From Bacilli bacterium (GTDB lineage: Bacteria > Bacillota_I > Bacilli_A > RF39 > UBA660), in contig JAGAFD010000007.1 of NCBI GenBank assembly GCA_017612805.1, positions 48,616 to 112,615 of the forward strand: 64,000 nucleotides of DNA. The letters are read 5' to 3'. Shown here piece by piece: positions 46,645 through 57,262 of the stretch (position 1 is the first letter of the stretch; each line of letters begins with the position of its first letter). Made by a program: the position numbers and the translations under genes. The notes under the pieces were generated by a model. That model was not told the DNA's origin and ran no database searches. It worked only from the letters and a program-made list of their open reading frames with translations.

Positions 46645-47215
46645 GATTGTTATGTTAAATGGAAGTCCTAAGAAAAAAGGTAGTGCATCTGAACAATATT
46701 TAAATATGATTTATGAAAACTTAGATAATAACTATTATATTGAAGAATATGATATGAATAAATTAACTAATACTATTAAAAAAAGTATCTTAAATGCGGA
46801 TATGTTAATAATAGCAACTCCTTTATATATTGATTGCCTACCTTCACATGTTATTAAGTTTTTGATGGAATTAGGTGATAATGATATTGCCGGTAAAGAA
46901 GTTTATTTTTTAGTTAATTGTGGCTTTTTAGAAGGAGTACATACTGATGTTTCGGTAGAAATTTTGAAAAATTATTGTGATTATCATCATCTAATATATA
47001 AAGGTAGTTTAGGAATTGGGGCTGGTCCAATTGCTTATAAAAAACGTATTTATAATTATTTTGTTAAAAAAGAATTAATTATTTTTAGTAATTATATTAA
47101 TTATCATAAAAATTATGAAGATGATTATGTAAGGCCATTAATTCCAAGGTTTATTTATATTTTATTTGCTAATATAAATTGGTTTATTCAAATAAAATCT
47201 TTTAAAAAAAATTAG
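46637..47215 (+). CDS. Flavodoxin-like NAD(P)H-dependent oxidoreductase
   Basis: NGSPK..GSAS, TPLYID.LPS, NCGF.EG. Confidence 0.8.
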   Translation: MNRIVMLNGSPKKKGSASEQYLNMIYENLDNNYYIEEYDMNKLTNTIKKSILNADMLIIATPLYIDCLPSHVIKFLMELGDNDIAGKEVYFLVNCGFLEGVHTDVSVEILKNYCDYHHLIYKGSLGIGAGPIAYKKRIYNYFVKKELIIFSNYINYHKNYEDDYVRPLIPRFIYILFANINWFIQIKSFKKN

Positions 47216-47259
47216 ATTATGATAATATTTAGATATAAAAGTAATAATAAGGTGTTTAT

Positions 47260-48207
47260 ATGAAAAAGAAAAATTTTATCATTTCAATAGTTATTATTTT
47301 AATCTTATTTTTATTATTAGTATCTTGTTATCAATATGATGTAGCAATTTCTGATTATTTAAAATCAATTAGTAGTGATGGATTAGATTTTGCTATGCAA
47401 ATGATTACTTATTTTGGGAATATTATTTGTTTGTTAATCATTACGTTATTTTTAATAATTGCGCTTGATTATCGGACTTCTAAAAATATTGTCGAAGTTA
47501 TATTAACGGGTTTACTAACTAACACATTAATTAAATTAATTTTTAGAAGACCTAGACCATTATCAATATTTTATGAACAAGGTTATAGTTTTCCAAGTGG
47601 TCATATGATGTTATCGGTAATGTTTTATGGCTACTTATGTTACTTGGTTTATCATTCTAAATGTCGAAAAAGTTTAAAGATTGCTTTTTATATTACCATG
47701 ACACTTTTAGTAGGAGCTATTGGTTTAAGTAGAGTTTATTTAAATGTTCATTATTTAACTGATGTAATTGGTGGTATTTTATTTGGCTATTTAATGATGT
47801 TATTATTTATAATATATACAAAACAAAAACATAAATTAATTGATGAATCAATTCGCTTGGATCGTAGTTTTAAATATGCCTTTAAAGGTATTGGAACGGT
47901 TGTATTATATGAAAAGAATATGCATATTCATGTCTTGGCAACTATTTGTGTATTAATTCTTGGCTTGAAATTTGAAATTACTAAGTTTGAATGGTTAGCT
48001 TGTTTAATTGTAATTGGGATGGTTATATCTTCAGAAATCTTTAATACAGCTATTGAAAAATGTGTTGATTATATTAGCTTAGAGAAAAATAAATTAGCAG
48101 CTTCAATTAAAGATATGGCTGCCGGAGCAGTTTTAATAAATGCTATTATTGCTTTAATCGTAGGTATTATTATATTCCTACCAAAAATTATTTTATATTT
48201 GAAATAA
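47260..48207 (+). CDS. PAP2 phosphatase fused to DgkA (undecaprenol/diacylglycerol kinase)
   Basis: K..F.RPRP, SFPSGH, SRVYL.VH..TDV; then F.YA..G, E.FNTAIE..VD, KDMAAGAV. Confidence 0.9.
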   Translation: MKKKNFIISIVIILILFLLLVSCYQYDVAISDYLKSISSDGLDFAMQMITYFGNIICLLIITLFLIIALDYRTSKNIVEVILTGLLTNTLIKLIFRRPRPLSIFYEQGYSFPSGHMMLSVMFYGYLCYLVYHSKCRKSLKIAFYITMTLLVGAIGLSRVYLNVHYLTDVIGGILFGYLMMLLFIIYTKQKHKLIDESIRLDRSFKYAFKGIGTVVLYEKNMHIHVLATICVLILGLKFEITKFEWLACLIVIGMVISSEIFNTAIEKCVDYISLEKNKLAASIKDMAAGAVLINAIIALIVGIIIFLPKIILYLK

Positions 48208-48265
48208 ACTTTATAGTTTATTTTTTTTATGCGTTCATTTATAATTAAAATAGCGAGGTATGGTT

Positions 48266-50458
48266 ATGACAAAGAACAATATTTTTAAATATTTAGGATA
48301 TATCTTTTTATTGGCTTTAGTTGGCATTGGTGCATATCTGTTTATTAGTAATCACTTTAAAAAGAGTAAACTTATTAATTTAAATAGTGACCGTATTTTA
48401 TTATATGTTGGTGATTCTTACCCTTTAGAGGGGGAATATACCAAAGAGGATGGAACTAAAGCTAAGATTATTTATTCAATTAATAATGAAAAAGTAGCTA
48501 CAATTGATCGTGAATCAGGTGTTGTTATCGCCAAAAAACGTGGTAAAGCAACCCTTTTAGCATCAGTAGATGGTGATAATTCAATTTATGGTGAATGTAG
48601 TATTGAAGTAAAACCATCTAGTAATAAGGCGGTTATTTCTAATTCTAAGAATATTGTTATGAAATCAAATGATAAACAAAGAATGTATATTAGTACTGGT
48701 AATGTTGATCCATCCCGTATTACTTATAAATCTTCAGATAATAGTGTTGCAACGGTTGATCAAAATGGGGTAATTACCGGAGTTAGTAACGGAAAAACAA
48801 AAGTTACCGTTTCTGTAGATGGGGTTGACCAAGCTACATCGGATGTTAATGTTGATAATACTAATACAAAAACAATTACAAATACTAATAAAACTTCTAC
48901 CGGTAATACAGATAATACTACAAAAACAACTAAAACAAATACTGATAATAAAAAGACGGAGAATAATAAACCAAAAACGATTAAAGTTACTTCAGTTACA
49001 ACTAATGTTGCGGTAAAAAAAATGATCGTTGGGGATTCCTTTAAACTTGAAGCATATGTAAACCCTAGTAATGCAACTAATAAAACGGTTACATGGTCAA
49101 GTAGTAATACTAAGGTAGCAACGGTTGATCAAAAAGGTAATGTTAAAGCCATTAAAGCAGGTAGTGCAGTAATATCTGTAGTATCAAAGGATGGTAATAA
49201 ATCAGCTACTTGTAAGATTGATGTTGCAAGTAAGACGGTAGATGTTGAAAGTGTGGGAATTGTTAATAAACAAGTGACTTTACAAGTTGGAGCCGAAGCT
49301 ACAATTGATGTAAGCGTATTACCAAGTAATGCTACTAACAAAACCATTACATGGTCAAGTAGTAATACTAATGTTGCAACAGTTGATAAGAATGGGAAAG
49401 TTAAAGCAATAGCCATAGGTAGTGCGGATATTGTTGCTAAATCAAATAATGGAAAAACTGCAATGAGTAAGGTTACCGTTACTGAACCACCAAAAAGTCA
49501 TGTTAATAAGATTCATTTTTTAGATACACAATCGCAAACTAATCCATATTATCATAATGATGCCATATTATTAGAAAGTAATGGTAAATTTGCGATGGTA
49601 GATACTGCTGTTGGTGGTGAGTCTTGTAATAAAATATTAAATTATTTAAATTCAGTTGGTGTCAAAAAACTTGAATTTGTTGTAATAACGCACTGGCATA
49701 ATGATCATTATGGATGTAATGGTATATTTAGAGATGGTAGTGGAATTGAAACAGATAAGTTCTATTTAAAAAATATTGATGCTACTTATCGTGTAAGTTT
49801 ACCAGAAGCTTATCAAAATGATTATGTTTTATTTAAAACTAATGCTGGTAGTAAAGCAATTTTATTAACTGAAAACATTAATATTAATTTTGAGGATTAT
49901 ACTTTAGAATTAAAAAATATGACAAATCGTGTTCAACAATTGGTAAACGGCAATTATTGTAATGGTAACCATGCTACTTGTAGTGAGAATGCTAATAGTA
50001 TTGTTATTAAAGGAACGGATAAAAACAGCGGTAAAACCTTCTATTTAGCAGCTGATGCGGAAGGATATCGTGATAATAATGGCGATGTAGTTTATAATTG
50101 GGAATATGAATTAGCTAGAAGTGTAGGATATGTTGATATTTATAAAGTTTCCCATCATGGTCATGGAAGTTCTTCATTAACTTATAATAATCCTCGTCAG
50201 CTAATGGATGTATTAAAACCTAAATATTCAATATTAACATCAGCGAGAACTTCTAATAATGCAACTGGTATTAATGATACCGTGCAATATTTAAAAGATG
50301 TTGGTAGCAAGGTATATTTTTCTGGATGCGGAACCGTTATTACTACCTTCCCTAAAAACGCCGGCGGTAATATTGAAGTTGTGCAAAAAGCTAATGTTGA
50401 TACTACTGGTCTAGATGCTTGTAGTGATGTTGGCGGAACATTAACTCCTCAACCATAA
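48266..50458 (+). CDS. Surface protein: Ig-like (Big_2) repeats plus metallo-beta-lactamase hydrolase (Pce/ComEC-like)
   Basis: WSSSN..VATVD.G.V.A repeats; DAILLESNG.F.MVDT, THWHNDH, SHHG. Confidence 0.85.
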   Translation: MTKNNIFKYLGYIFLLALVGIGAYLFISNHFKKSKLINLNSDRILLYVGDSYPLEGEYTKEDGTKAKIIYSINNEKVATIDRESGVVIAKKRGKATLLASVDGDNSIYGECSIEVKPSSNKAVISNSKNIVMKSNDKQRMYISTGNVDPSRITYKSSDNSVATVDQNGVITGVSNGKTKVTVSVDGVDQATSDVNVDNTNTKTITNTNKTSTGNTDNTTKTTKTNTDNKKTENNKPKTIKVTSVTTNVAVKKMIVGDSFKLEAYVNPSNATNKTVTWSSSNTKVATVDQKGNVKAIKAGSAVISVVSKDGNKSATCKIDVASKTVDVESVGIVNKQVTLQVGAEATIDVSVLPSNATNKTITWSSSNTNVATVDKNGKVKAIAIGSADIVAKSNNGKTAMSKVTVTEPPKSHVNKIHFLDTQSQTNPYYHNDAILLESNGKFAMVDTAVGGESCNKILNYLNSVGVKKLEFVVITHWHNDHYGCNGIFRDGSGIETDKFYLKNIDATYRVSLPEAYQNDYVLFKTNAGSKAILLTENININFEDYTLELKNMTNRVQQLVNGNYCNGNHATCSENANSIVIKGTDKNSGKTFYLAADAEGYRDNNGDVVYNWEYELARSVGYVDIYKVSHHGHGSSSLTYNNPRQLMDVLKPKYSILTSARTSNNATGINDTVQYLKDVGSKVYFSGCGTVITTFPKNAGGNIEVVQKANVDTTGLDACSDVGGTLTPQP

Positions 50459-50525
50459 TAATGAAATAAGGATATTTATATATCCTTATTTTTTATTATT
50501 TGATATAATATGTTTGGTGATATAA

Positions 50526-51597
50526 ATGAACAAAAACGAATTAATTAATAAAATCAATGAATTAAAAGAATTATTAAATGACCTTGGGAGGTCACTTTGA
50601 CATTAATGATAAGATTAATCATTTAAAAGAATTAGATGTTTTAATAAACGATCCTAGTTTTTGGGAACAAAGTGATGCCATTAATATTAATAAAGAATAT
50701 ACTAATTTAAAAAAAGAGATTGATCTATATCAAGAATTAGATGAAACGCTATTATTAAATGAAGAATTACTAAATGTTTCAGATGATGTAACTATTATTG
50801 AAAGCTCAATTAATGATCTAGATAGCAAAATTAATGAATTAAAAAAACTTACTTATTTAAGTGATAAGTTTGATGATTTAGCTTGTTATCTTGAAATTCA
50901 TCCTGGAGCTGGTGGAACTGAATCTTGTGATTGGGCTTTAATGCTTTTACGTATGTATGAAAGATTTTGTGATAAAAATGGTTTTAAATATGAAGAACTT
51001 GATTATCAAAAAGGTGATGAAGCGGGTATCAAATCTTGTAATGTTTTAATAACCGGACCATATGCGTATGGTTATTTAAAACACGAAGTAGGGGTACATC
51101 GTCTTATTCGTATTTCACCTTTTGATTCAAATAAAAGAAGACATACTTCATTTTGTAGTGTTGCCATAACTCCAAAGATTGATAAAGATATAAATATTGA
51201 AATAAATGAAGCCGATTTAAAGATTGATGTTTATCGTTCTTCTGGCAATGGTGGTCAAGGAGTTAATACGACCGATTCAGCAGTAAGAATAACCCATTTG
51301 CCGTCTAAAATCGTAGTAACGTGTCAAAATGAACGTAGTCAAATCCAAAATAAAGAACAAGCTTTAAACATTTTAAAATCAAAATTAATTCAAATTGAAG
51401 AGAATAAAAATAAAGAATTCTTAAATAGTTTTTCGGATAGTTCAATGATTAATTTTGGTAGTCAAATAAGAACATATACTTTGGAACCATTTCAATTAGT
51501 AAAAGATCATCGTAGTAATTATGAAGTAGTTGATGCTTATAAATTCTTAGATGGCGAAATAATGGAAATGCTTGAAAATAATCTTTCTATCGAATAA
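50526..51597 (+). CDS. prfB: Peptide chain release factor 2 (programmed +1 frameshift)
   Basis: Short first ORF from 50526 ends at CTT-TGA-C; SPF and GGQ motifs in the +1 frame. Confidence 0.97.
50586..50601 (+). promoter_or_regulatory. prfB autoregulatory frameshift site
   Basis: Internal SD GGGAGG-TCA-CTT-TGA-C. Confidence 0.95.
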
Positions 51598-51629
51598 AAT
51601 AGTTTTTTATAAAAAAGGAGGTGTAATAA

Positions 51630-52955
51630 ATGCACGTAGATTTAAGTTATTTAAAAGATAATGATGTAATTGTGGTTGCTACATCTGGTGGACCAGATTC
51701 AATGTATTTATTACATCTATTAAAGAGCGATTCAAGAAACTTTAAACTTATTTGTGCTCATGTTAATCATAAAATGCGCAAAGAAAGTGATATGGAATAC
51801 CAAAAAGTACAAGAATACTGTGAAAAAAATGGTATTATTTTTGAAGGGCATGAAATTTTAGAATATCATAATGATAATTTTCATAATGAAGCTCGTATTA
51901 TTAGATATGACTTCTTTAAAAGCTTAATTAATAAGTATCATGCTAAGTATCTAGCAACCGCTCATCATGGTGATGATTTAATGGAAACTATTTTAATGCG
52001 TATTGGAAGAGGTTCTAATTTATCTGGTTATGCTGGTTTTAGAGAAATTGTTAAAAAGGATAATTATACTTGTATAAGACCATTAATTCATCTTACTAAA
52101 GATGAAATTAAAGCTTATATGGATGAACATGATTTATGGTATGCAATTGATAACTCTAATTTAGAAGATCACTATACAAGAAATAGATATCGTCATCAAG
52201 TACTAACATTTTTAAAAAATGAAGATAATTTAATTCACGAAAAATATTTAAAATATAGTTTAGAACTATTAAAAAATAATGAATTTATTGAACGTGTTAT
52301 TAAAAAATATGAAAAAAAGGTATTGGTTGATAATAAAATTATTATCAAAGAATATCTAATTTTAGAAGATTTTGTTAAGGAACGTTTAATTAGTAATTTA
52401 TTACATAAAATATATGGTGATGATTTATTTTTAATTAATGATAATCATATTAAAGTAATTGATAAACTTATTTGCTCTAATAAAGCTAATAGTTTTATTA
52501 ATTTACCAGGAAAATATGTCGGTATTAAAGAATATGATTATTTTAAAATAGTTGAAGATAATTTTAATGAAGTAGATAATAATACATATATTTTTGAAGA
52601 TTATTTAAAGATTAATGATTATGTGTTTAGTTTATGTAATACAAAAGATTCTAGTAATTATACTATTAGATTAAATTCTAAGGAAGTTAGTTTACCACTT
52701 TATTTTAGATATCGTAAAGACGGTGATAAAATGGCGGTAAAAAACTTAAATGGGTCTAAGAAAGTTAAAGATATTTTAATTGATAGCAAAGTAGCTTTAA
52801 ATGTTCGTGATAACTTACCTATCTTAGTAGATAGTAATGATCTAGTATTATGGATTCCCGGTATTAAAAAGAGTCAATTTGATAAAGACAAAGATGATTT
52901 TTGTGATATAATAATTAAGTGTGAAAGGAAAATAAACAATGAAGAAGAAAAATAA
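51630..52955 (+). CDS. tilS: tRNA(Ile)-lysidine synthetase
   Basis: SGGPDS, HVNH, TAHH.DD..ET, RPL, RNRYR. Confidence 0.96.
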   Translation: MHVDLSYLKDNDVIVVATSGGPDSMYLLHLLKSDSRNFKLICAHVNHKMRKESDMEYQKVQEYCEKNGIIFEGHEILEYHNDNFHNEARIIRYDFFKSLINKYHAKYLATAHHGDDLMETILMRIGRGSNLSGYAGFREIVKKDNYTCIRPLIHLTKDEIKAYMDEHDLWYAIDNSNLEDHYTRNRYRHQVLTFLKNEDNLIHEKYLKYSLELLKNNEFIERVIKKYEKKVLVDNKIIIKEYLILEDFVKERLISNLLHKIYGDDLFLINDNHIKVIDKLICSNKANSFINLPGKYVGIKEYDYFKIVEDNFNEVDNNTYIFEDYLKINDYVFSLCNTKDSSNYTIRLNSKEVSLPLYFRYRKDGDKMAVKNLNGSKKVKDILIDSKVALNVRDNLPILVDSNDLVLWIPGIKKSQFDKDKDDFCDIIIKCERKINNEEEK

Positions 52956-54903
52956 TATATTTAAAACAATATTTCCTTACTTACTATTAGTTTTAGTAGC
53001 AGCAGGATGTATGTATTTTTTAGAATATAAAAAGTATAAGGTTAATAAATTAACTACTGGTGATTTTATTAATGCTTTAAATGCTGAAAAAATTACTGAG
53101 TTAACAATCATGCCTAAAAGTAGCGATAGTGTATATTACTTAGAAGGTAAATTAGATGGTTATGGTAAATATGAATCATTTAAAACTAAAGTTGTTGAAT
53201 CAAATATTGCTTTAGTTACGGATTATGCTAATACCCATGAATTAGATTTATATGATACTAAAAAAGATCCAGGTACTAATTCGATTTTATTAATTATTAT
53301 TAATGTAGCACCAATCTTAATAATTTGTGTTGCATCATATTTCTTATTTACTAAACTTGCTTCAGGTAATTCAAAATCAATGGATTTTGGTAGAAGTAGA
53401 GCAAGATTAAGTGAAGATGGTGGCAAAACTAAATTTAGTGATGTTGCTGGATTAAAAGAAGAAAAAGAAGAAGTATCTGAATTAATTGATTTCTTGAAAA
53501 ATCCTAAAAAATTCCAAAAATTAGGTGCAAGAATTCCTAAAGGAGTTTTACTTGTAGGTCCTCCAGGAACTGGTAAAACATTACTTGCTAAAGCAGTAGC
53601 CGGCGAAGCTAATGTACCATTCTTCTTTATCAGCGGTTCTGATTTTGTTGAATTATTCGTAGGTGTTGGGGCAAGCCGTGTTCGTGATATGTTTAAGCAA
53701 GCTAAACAATGTGCTCCATGTTTAATATTTATCGATGAAATCGATGCAGTAGGACGTCAAAGAGGTACTGGTTTAGGTGGTGGACATGATGAAAGAGAAC
53801 AAACATTAAACCAATTATTAACGGAGATGGATGGATTTGGGGCTAATGAAGGTATTATCATCATTGCTGCAACTAACCGTCCTGATGTATTAGATCCAGC
53901 ATTATTAAGACCAGGAAGATTTGACCGTCAAGTAACCGTATCACTTCCTGATTCTAAAGCTCGTGAAGAGATTTTAGCAGTACATGCTCGTGATAAAAAG
54001 TTTGGCCCAGATGTTAACTTAACTAATTTAAGTTTAAGAACTCCTGGATTTAGTGGTGCTGATTTGGAAAACTTACTTAATGAAGCAGCATTACTAGCCG
54101 TTAGAAGAAATAAAAACTTTATTACTATGGATGAAATTGATGAAGCAACGGACCGTGTTATTTTAGGCCCTGCTAAACCAAGTAAGAAGATTACCGATAA
54201 AGAAAAACGTTTAGTAGCTATCCATGAATCTGGACATGCCGTAATTGGATTAAAATTACAAGATGCTAATGAAGTACATAAAATTACGATTATTCCAAGA
54301 GGTATTGCTGGTGGATACACTATGATGCTTCCAAAAGAAGAAAAAATTGGTATTATGACTAAAACTGAATTAATTTCTACTATCACTGGTCTTCTTGGTG
54401 GACGTGTTGCTGAAGAAATGTTTTTAAAAGAAATTACTACTGGCGCATCAGATGACTTTAAAAGAGCTACATCAATTGCCCGTTCAATGGTTACTGAATA
54501 TGGTATGTCAGATTTAGGGCCAATGCAATTAGAACAAAAAAGTGAAGGTGTATTCTTAGGAAGAGATTATACTTCACACAAGAACTTCTCTGATCAAGTA
54601 GCTTTAGAAATTGATAAAGAAGTTAGAAAAATTATTGAAACTTGTTATGAAGATGCTAAAAAGATTATTAAAGAAAATGAAAAATTAATCTATTTATTAG
54701 CTGATGCATTAATGGAAAGAGAAACTTTAACTAGAGAACAAATCGTTAAGATTGTAGAAACTGGTAAGATTGATGACGAAACTATTAATGCCGAATTAAC
54801 ATTAAAAGAAAAAGCTAAAGCACTTAAAATCAAAGGTTATACAAAAATGACTGATGAAGAATTGGCAAAAGCTATAAAAGAAAAAGAAGTTAAAGATAAA
54901 TAA
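52939..54903 (+). CDS. ftsH: ATP-dependent zinc metalloprotease FtsH
   Basis: 2 TMs, [21 protein letters not shown]. Confidence 0.98.
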   Translation: MKKKNNIFKTIFPYLLLVLVAAGCMYFLEYKKYKVNKLTTGDFINALNAEKITELTIMPKSSDSVYYLEGKLDGYGKYESFKTKVVESNIALVTDYANTHELDLYDTKKDPGTNSILLIIINVAPILIICVASYFLFTKLASGNSKSMDFGRSRARLSEDGGKTKFSDVAGLKEEKEEVSELIDFLKNPKKFQKLGARIPKGVLLVGPPGTGKTLLAKAVAGEANVPFFFISGSDFVELFVGVGASRVRDMFKQAKQCAPCLIFIDEIDAVGRQRGTGLGGGHDEREQTLNQLLTEMDGFGANEGIIIIAATNRPDVLDPALLRPGRFDRQVTVSLPDSKAREEILAVHARDKKFGPDVNLTNLSLRTPGFSGADLENLLNEAALLAVRRNKNFITMDEIDEATDRVILGPAKPSKKITDKEKRLVAIHESGHAVIGLKLQDANEVHKITIIPRGIAGGYTMMLPKEEKIGIMTKTELISTITGLLGGRVAEEMFLKEITTGASDDFKRATSIARSMVTEYGMSDLGPMQLEQKSEGVFLGRDYTSHKNFSDQVALEIDKEVRKIIETCYEDAKKIIKENEKLIYLLADALMERETLTREQIVKIVETGKIDDETINAELTLKEKAKALKIKGYTKMTDEELAKAIKEKEVKDK

Positions 54904-54964
54904 TCTTTAACTTTTTTTATTGAATATAATAGTTACTTATGTTACTATAAATATAGGTGATAAT

Positions 54965-55855
54965 ATGATATGTAATAAATGCAAAGGAATTAATGTTAGA
55001 GAAGAAAACTATCATCATGTTCTTAATATTAAAAACCATATTATTGAATATGATGCGCCAAGATTTATATGTAAGGATTGTCGAGGTATCGTTCCTGATA
55101 AAGAATTAGATTTAGCTGCTACAATTAAAGGCTATGATTTATATAGTGCTAAGTATGGTATTCCAAAAGAAGATATTATCCTTTTACGTAAGAAACTAAA
55201 TCTATCACAAGAATTATTTGCTAAAATTATTGGTTGTGCTAAAAAAACTTTAGTTAGTTATGAAGTTGGTTATTCTATTCCTAATGATATCTATATGGGA
55301 GTTTTAAAGCTTTTAAAAGCAGATAATCGCGTTATTTTAGAATTATTAAGTGCTAATAAGGATAGTTATAGTAAAGAGGAATATAATAAGTTAATTAATC
55401 GTATTAATCTTAAGAATAATAATTCAATTGTGGATAAAGATGAACTTGTTAACAATATCATTTTATATTTCAGTGAAAATGGTGTATCTAAAACTAAAGT
55501 TATGTGCTTATTATTCTTATCTGAATATAATTATTATATGAAATATAAAAAATCTTTAACTAACTTAGATTTTATTAATAATAGTAATTATTTAAATATC
55601 TTTGGTTTTGAAGATACTATTATTAATTTAATAAATAATAAAAGATTACAACTTATTTATGATGTTAGTTCAAACAAAGAAATGTGTTACGTAAAAACTA
55701 GTGAATATGTTACTAGTGATGATTTTGATCCTAAGGTGTTTGAAATTATTGAAGCAATTAAAAAAGAACACAAATTATTAAGTGTAGAGCAAACCTTAAA
55801 ATGTGTTAAAAATAATGCTTTATTCATTAATAGTACTGATAAAATAGTATTTTAA
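54965..55855 (+). CDS. MqsA-type Zn-finger + Xre HTH + SocA/Panacea-like domain (orphan antitoxin-like)
   Basis: CNKC..CKDC; LRKKL.LSQ..FA...G......YE.G; KTK..LLF..E. Confidence 0.75.
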   Translation: MICNKCKGINVREENYHHVLNIKNHIIEYDAPRFICKDCRGIVPDKELDLAATIKGYDLYSAKYGIPKEDIILLRKKLNLSQELFAKIIGCAKKTLVSYEVGYSIPNDIYMGVLKLLKADNRVILELLSANKDSYSKEEYNKLINRINLKNNNSIVDKDELVNNIILYFSENGVSKTKVMCLLFLSEYNYYMKYKKSLTNLDFINNSNYLNIFGFEDTIINLINNKRLQLIYDVSSNKEMCYVKTSEYVTSDDFDPKVFEIIEAIKKEHKLLSVEQTLKCVKNNALFINSTDKIVF

Positions 55856-55882
55856 AAAGATATTACAATGTAATATCTTTTT

Positions 55883-57262
55883 TTAGAATCTAAAATAAAT
55901 AAATGGATTATAAGTATTACTAATTAAGAATACTAAACATAGGATGAATAATAAGATTAAAATAATATCATAAATCATGTTTAAATACTTATTTTTAGTT
56001 TCTTTAATAATTGGCATTGCAAATATAATACCAGCAATAAATGCAATTATATTTATTACGGTAAATGATTCCGTATAAATAAATACTTTAAAACTACCAA
56101 ATCCATATAAGCCAATTAAAGCTTTAAATGAATTTAATAAATCACCAATATTGGTGTGATAGAAGATATTCCATCCAAGCATTACAATTATTAAAGTATA
56201 AAGATGTCTTATCAATTTTGGCATCCTATTTAAAATATTTTTTAATAGGTATTTTTCTATTAGTAGGAAGATCGCATAAAATAATCCCCAACATAAGAAA
56301 TTAATTGATGCGCCATGCCATAAACCAGTTAATAACCAAACAATTAAAATATTAATAATATGTCTAAATGGTTTAACTTTATTACCACCTAGGGGAATAT
56401 AAACATATTCTTTAAACCAAGTTGACAAGGTAATATGCCATCTGCGCCAAAAATCAGTAATTGATTCAGCAATATATGGATAATTAAAGTTTTTAGGGAA
56501 ATTAAATCCTAACATTTTACCAATCCCAATTGCCATATCACTATATCCAGAAAAATCATAATAGATTTGTAAGGTATAACAAATAATGCTTGTTATTACA
56601 CCAATAAAACCATAAGTTGATGGTGATGTTTGAAATATATGATCTGCAACATAACCAACATTGTTAGCAATTAATACTTTTTTAGATAAACCAATAATAA
56701 ATAGCCTTAATCCTTGATAGAAATTATCAATATTAGTTTTACGATTAATTAATTCATCTTCGATTGTTTCATATCTTACTATTGGACCTGCAATAAGTTG
56801 TGGGAAAGCAGTAATATAACAACCAAGGAATAAGATATTTTTTTGTACTTTTACTTTTCCTAAATAAACATCAATAACATAAGATAAGATTTGGAATGTA
56901 TAAAAACTAATTCCAATTGGTAATAAAATATTTTTATGAACAAATGAAGTATTAAATAAGAAATTATTAATATCAATAATAAAATCAGTATATTTAAATA
57001 TAATTAACAAGCCAATATTAATGGTAATTGCTAGAATTAATAATAGTTTATTTTTATGTTTATCCATTAATAAAGCTAGTAAATAGTTTATGATAATGGA
57101 TGCAATCATTAATAAAATATAGATTGGTTCACCAAAGGCATAAAAGACTAAACTAAATAGTAAAAGGATAATATTACGATAGGTATTATTCTTAATTAAA
57201 AAGTAACTAAATAAGAAGATTGGTAGGAATATTACTAAAAAGATGATACTTGAAAATTCCAT
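55883..57262 (-). CDS. MBOAT O-acyltransferase (AlgI/PatA-like)
   Basis: LPIGISFYTFQ, FPQL.AGPI, DFSGYSD.A, FWRRWH, GLWHGA. Confidence 0.95.
   Translation of the reverse strand: MEFSSIIFLVIFLPIFLFSYFLIKNNTYRNIILLLFSLVFYAFGEPIYILLMIASIIINYLLALLMDKHKNKLLLILAITINIGLLIIFKYTDFIIDINNFLFNTSFVHKNILLPIGISFYTFQILSYVIDVYLGKVKVQKNILFLGCYITAFPQLIAGPIVRYETIEDELINRKTNIDNFYQGLRLFIIGLSKKVLIANNVGYVADHIFQTSPSTYGFIGVITSIICYTLQIYYDFSGYSDMAIGIGKMLGFNFPKNFNYPYIAESITDFWRRWHITLSTWFKEYVYIPLGGNKVKPFRHIINILIVWLLTGLWHGASINFLCWGLFYAIFLLIEKYLLKNILNRMPKLIRHLYTLIIVMLGWNIFYHTNIGDLLNSFKALIGLYGFGSFKVFIYTESFTVINIIAFIAGIIFAMPIIKETKNKYLNMIYDIILILLFILCLVFLISNTYNPFIYFRF

Noticed and set aside
50578-50601. ORF-track start MTLGGHF for RF2, or a prfB pseudogene
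   Set aside because: It is the canonical programmed +1 frameshift; the true start is 50526.
65-54386. Short antisense or alternate-frame ORFs (e.g. 855-1154, 21663-21875, 37933-38217, 41646-41915, 49129-49416, 53928-54386)
   Set aside because: They are shadows of well-supported genes, with no recognisable motifs.
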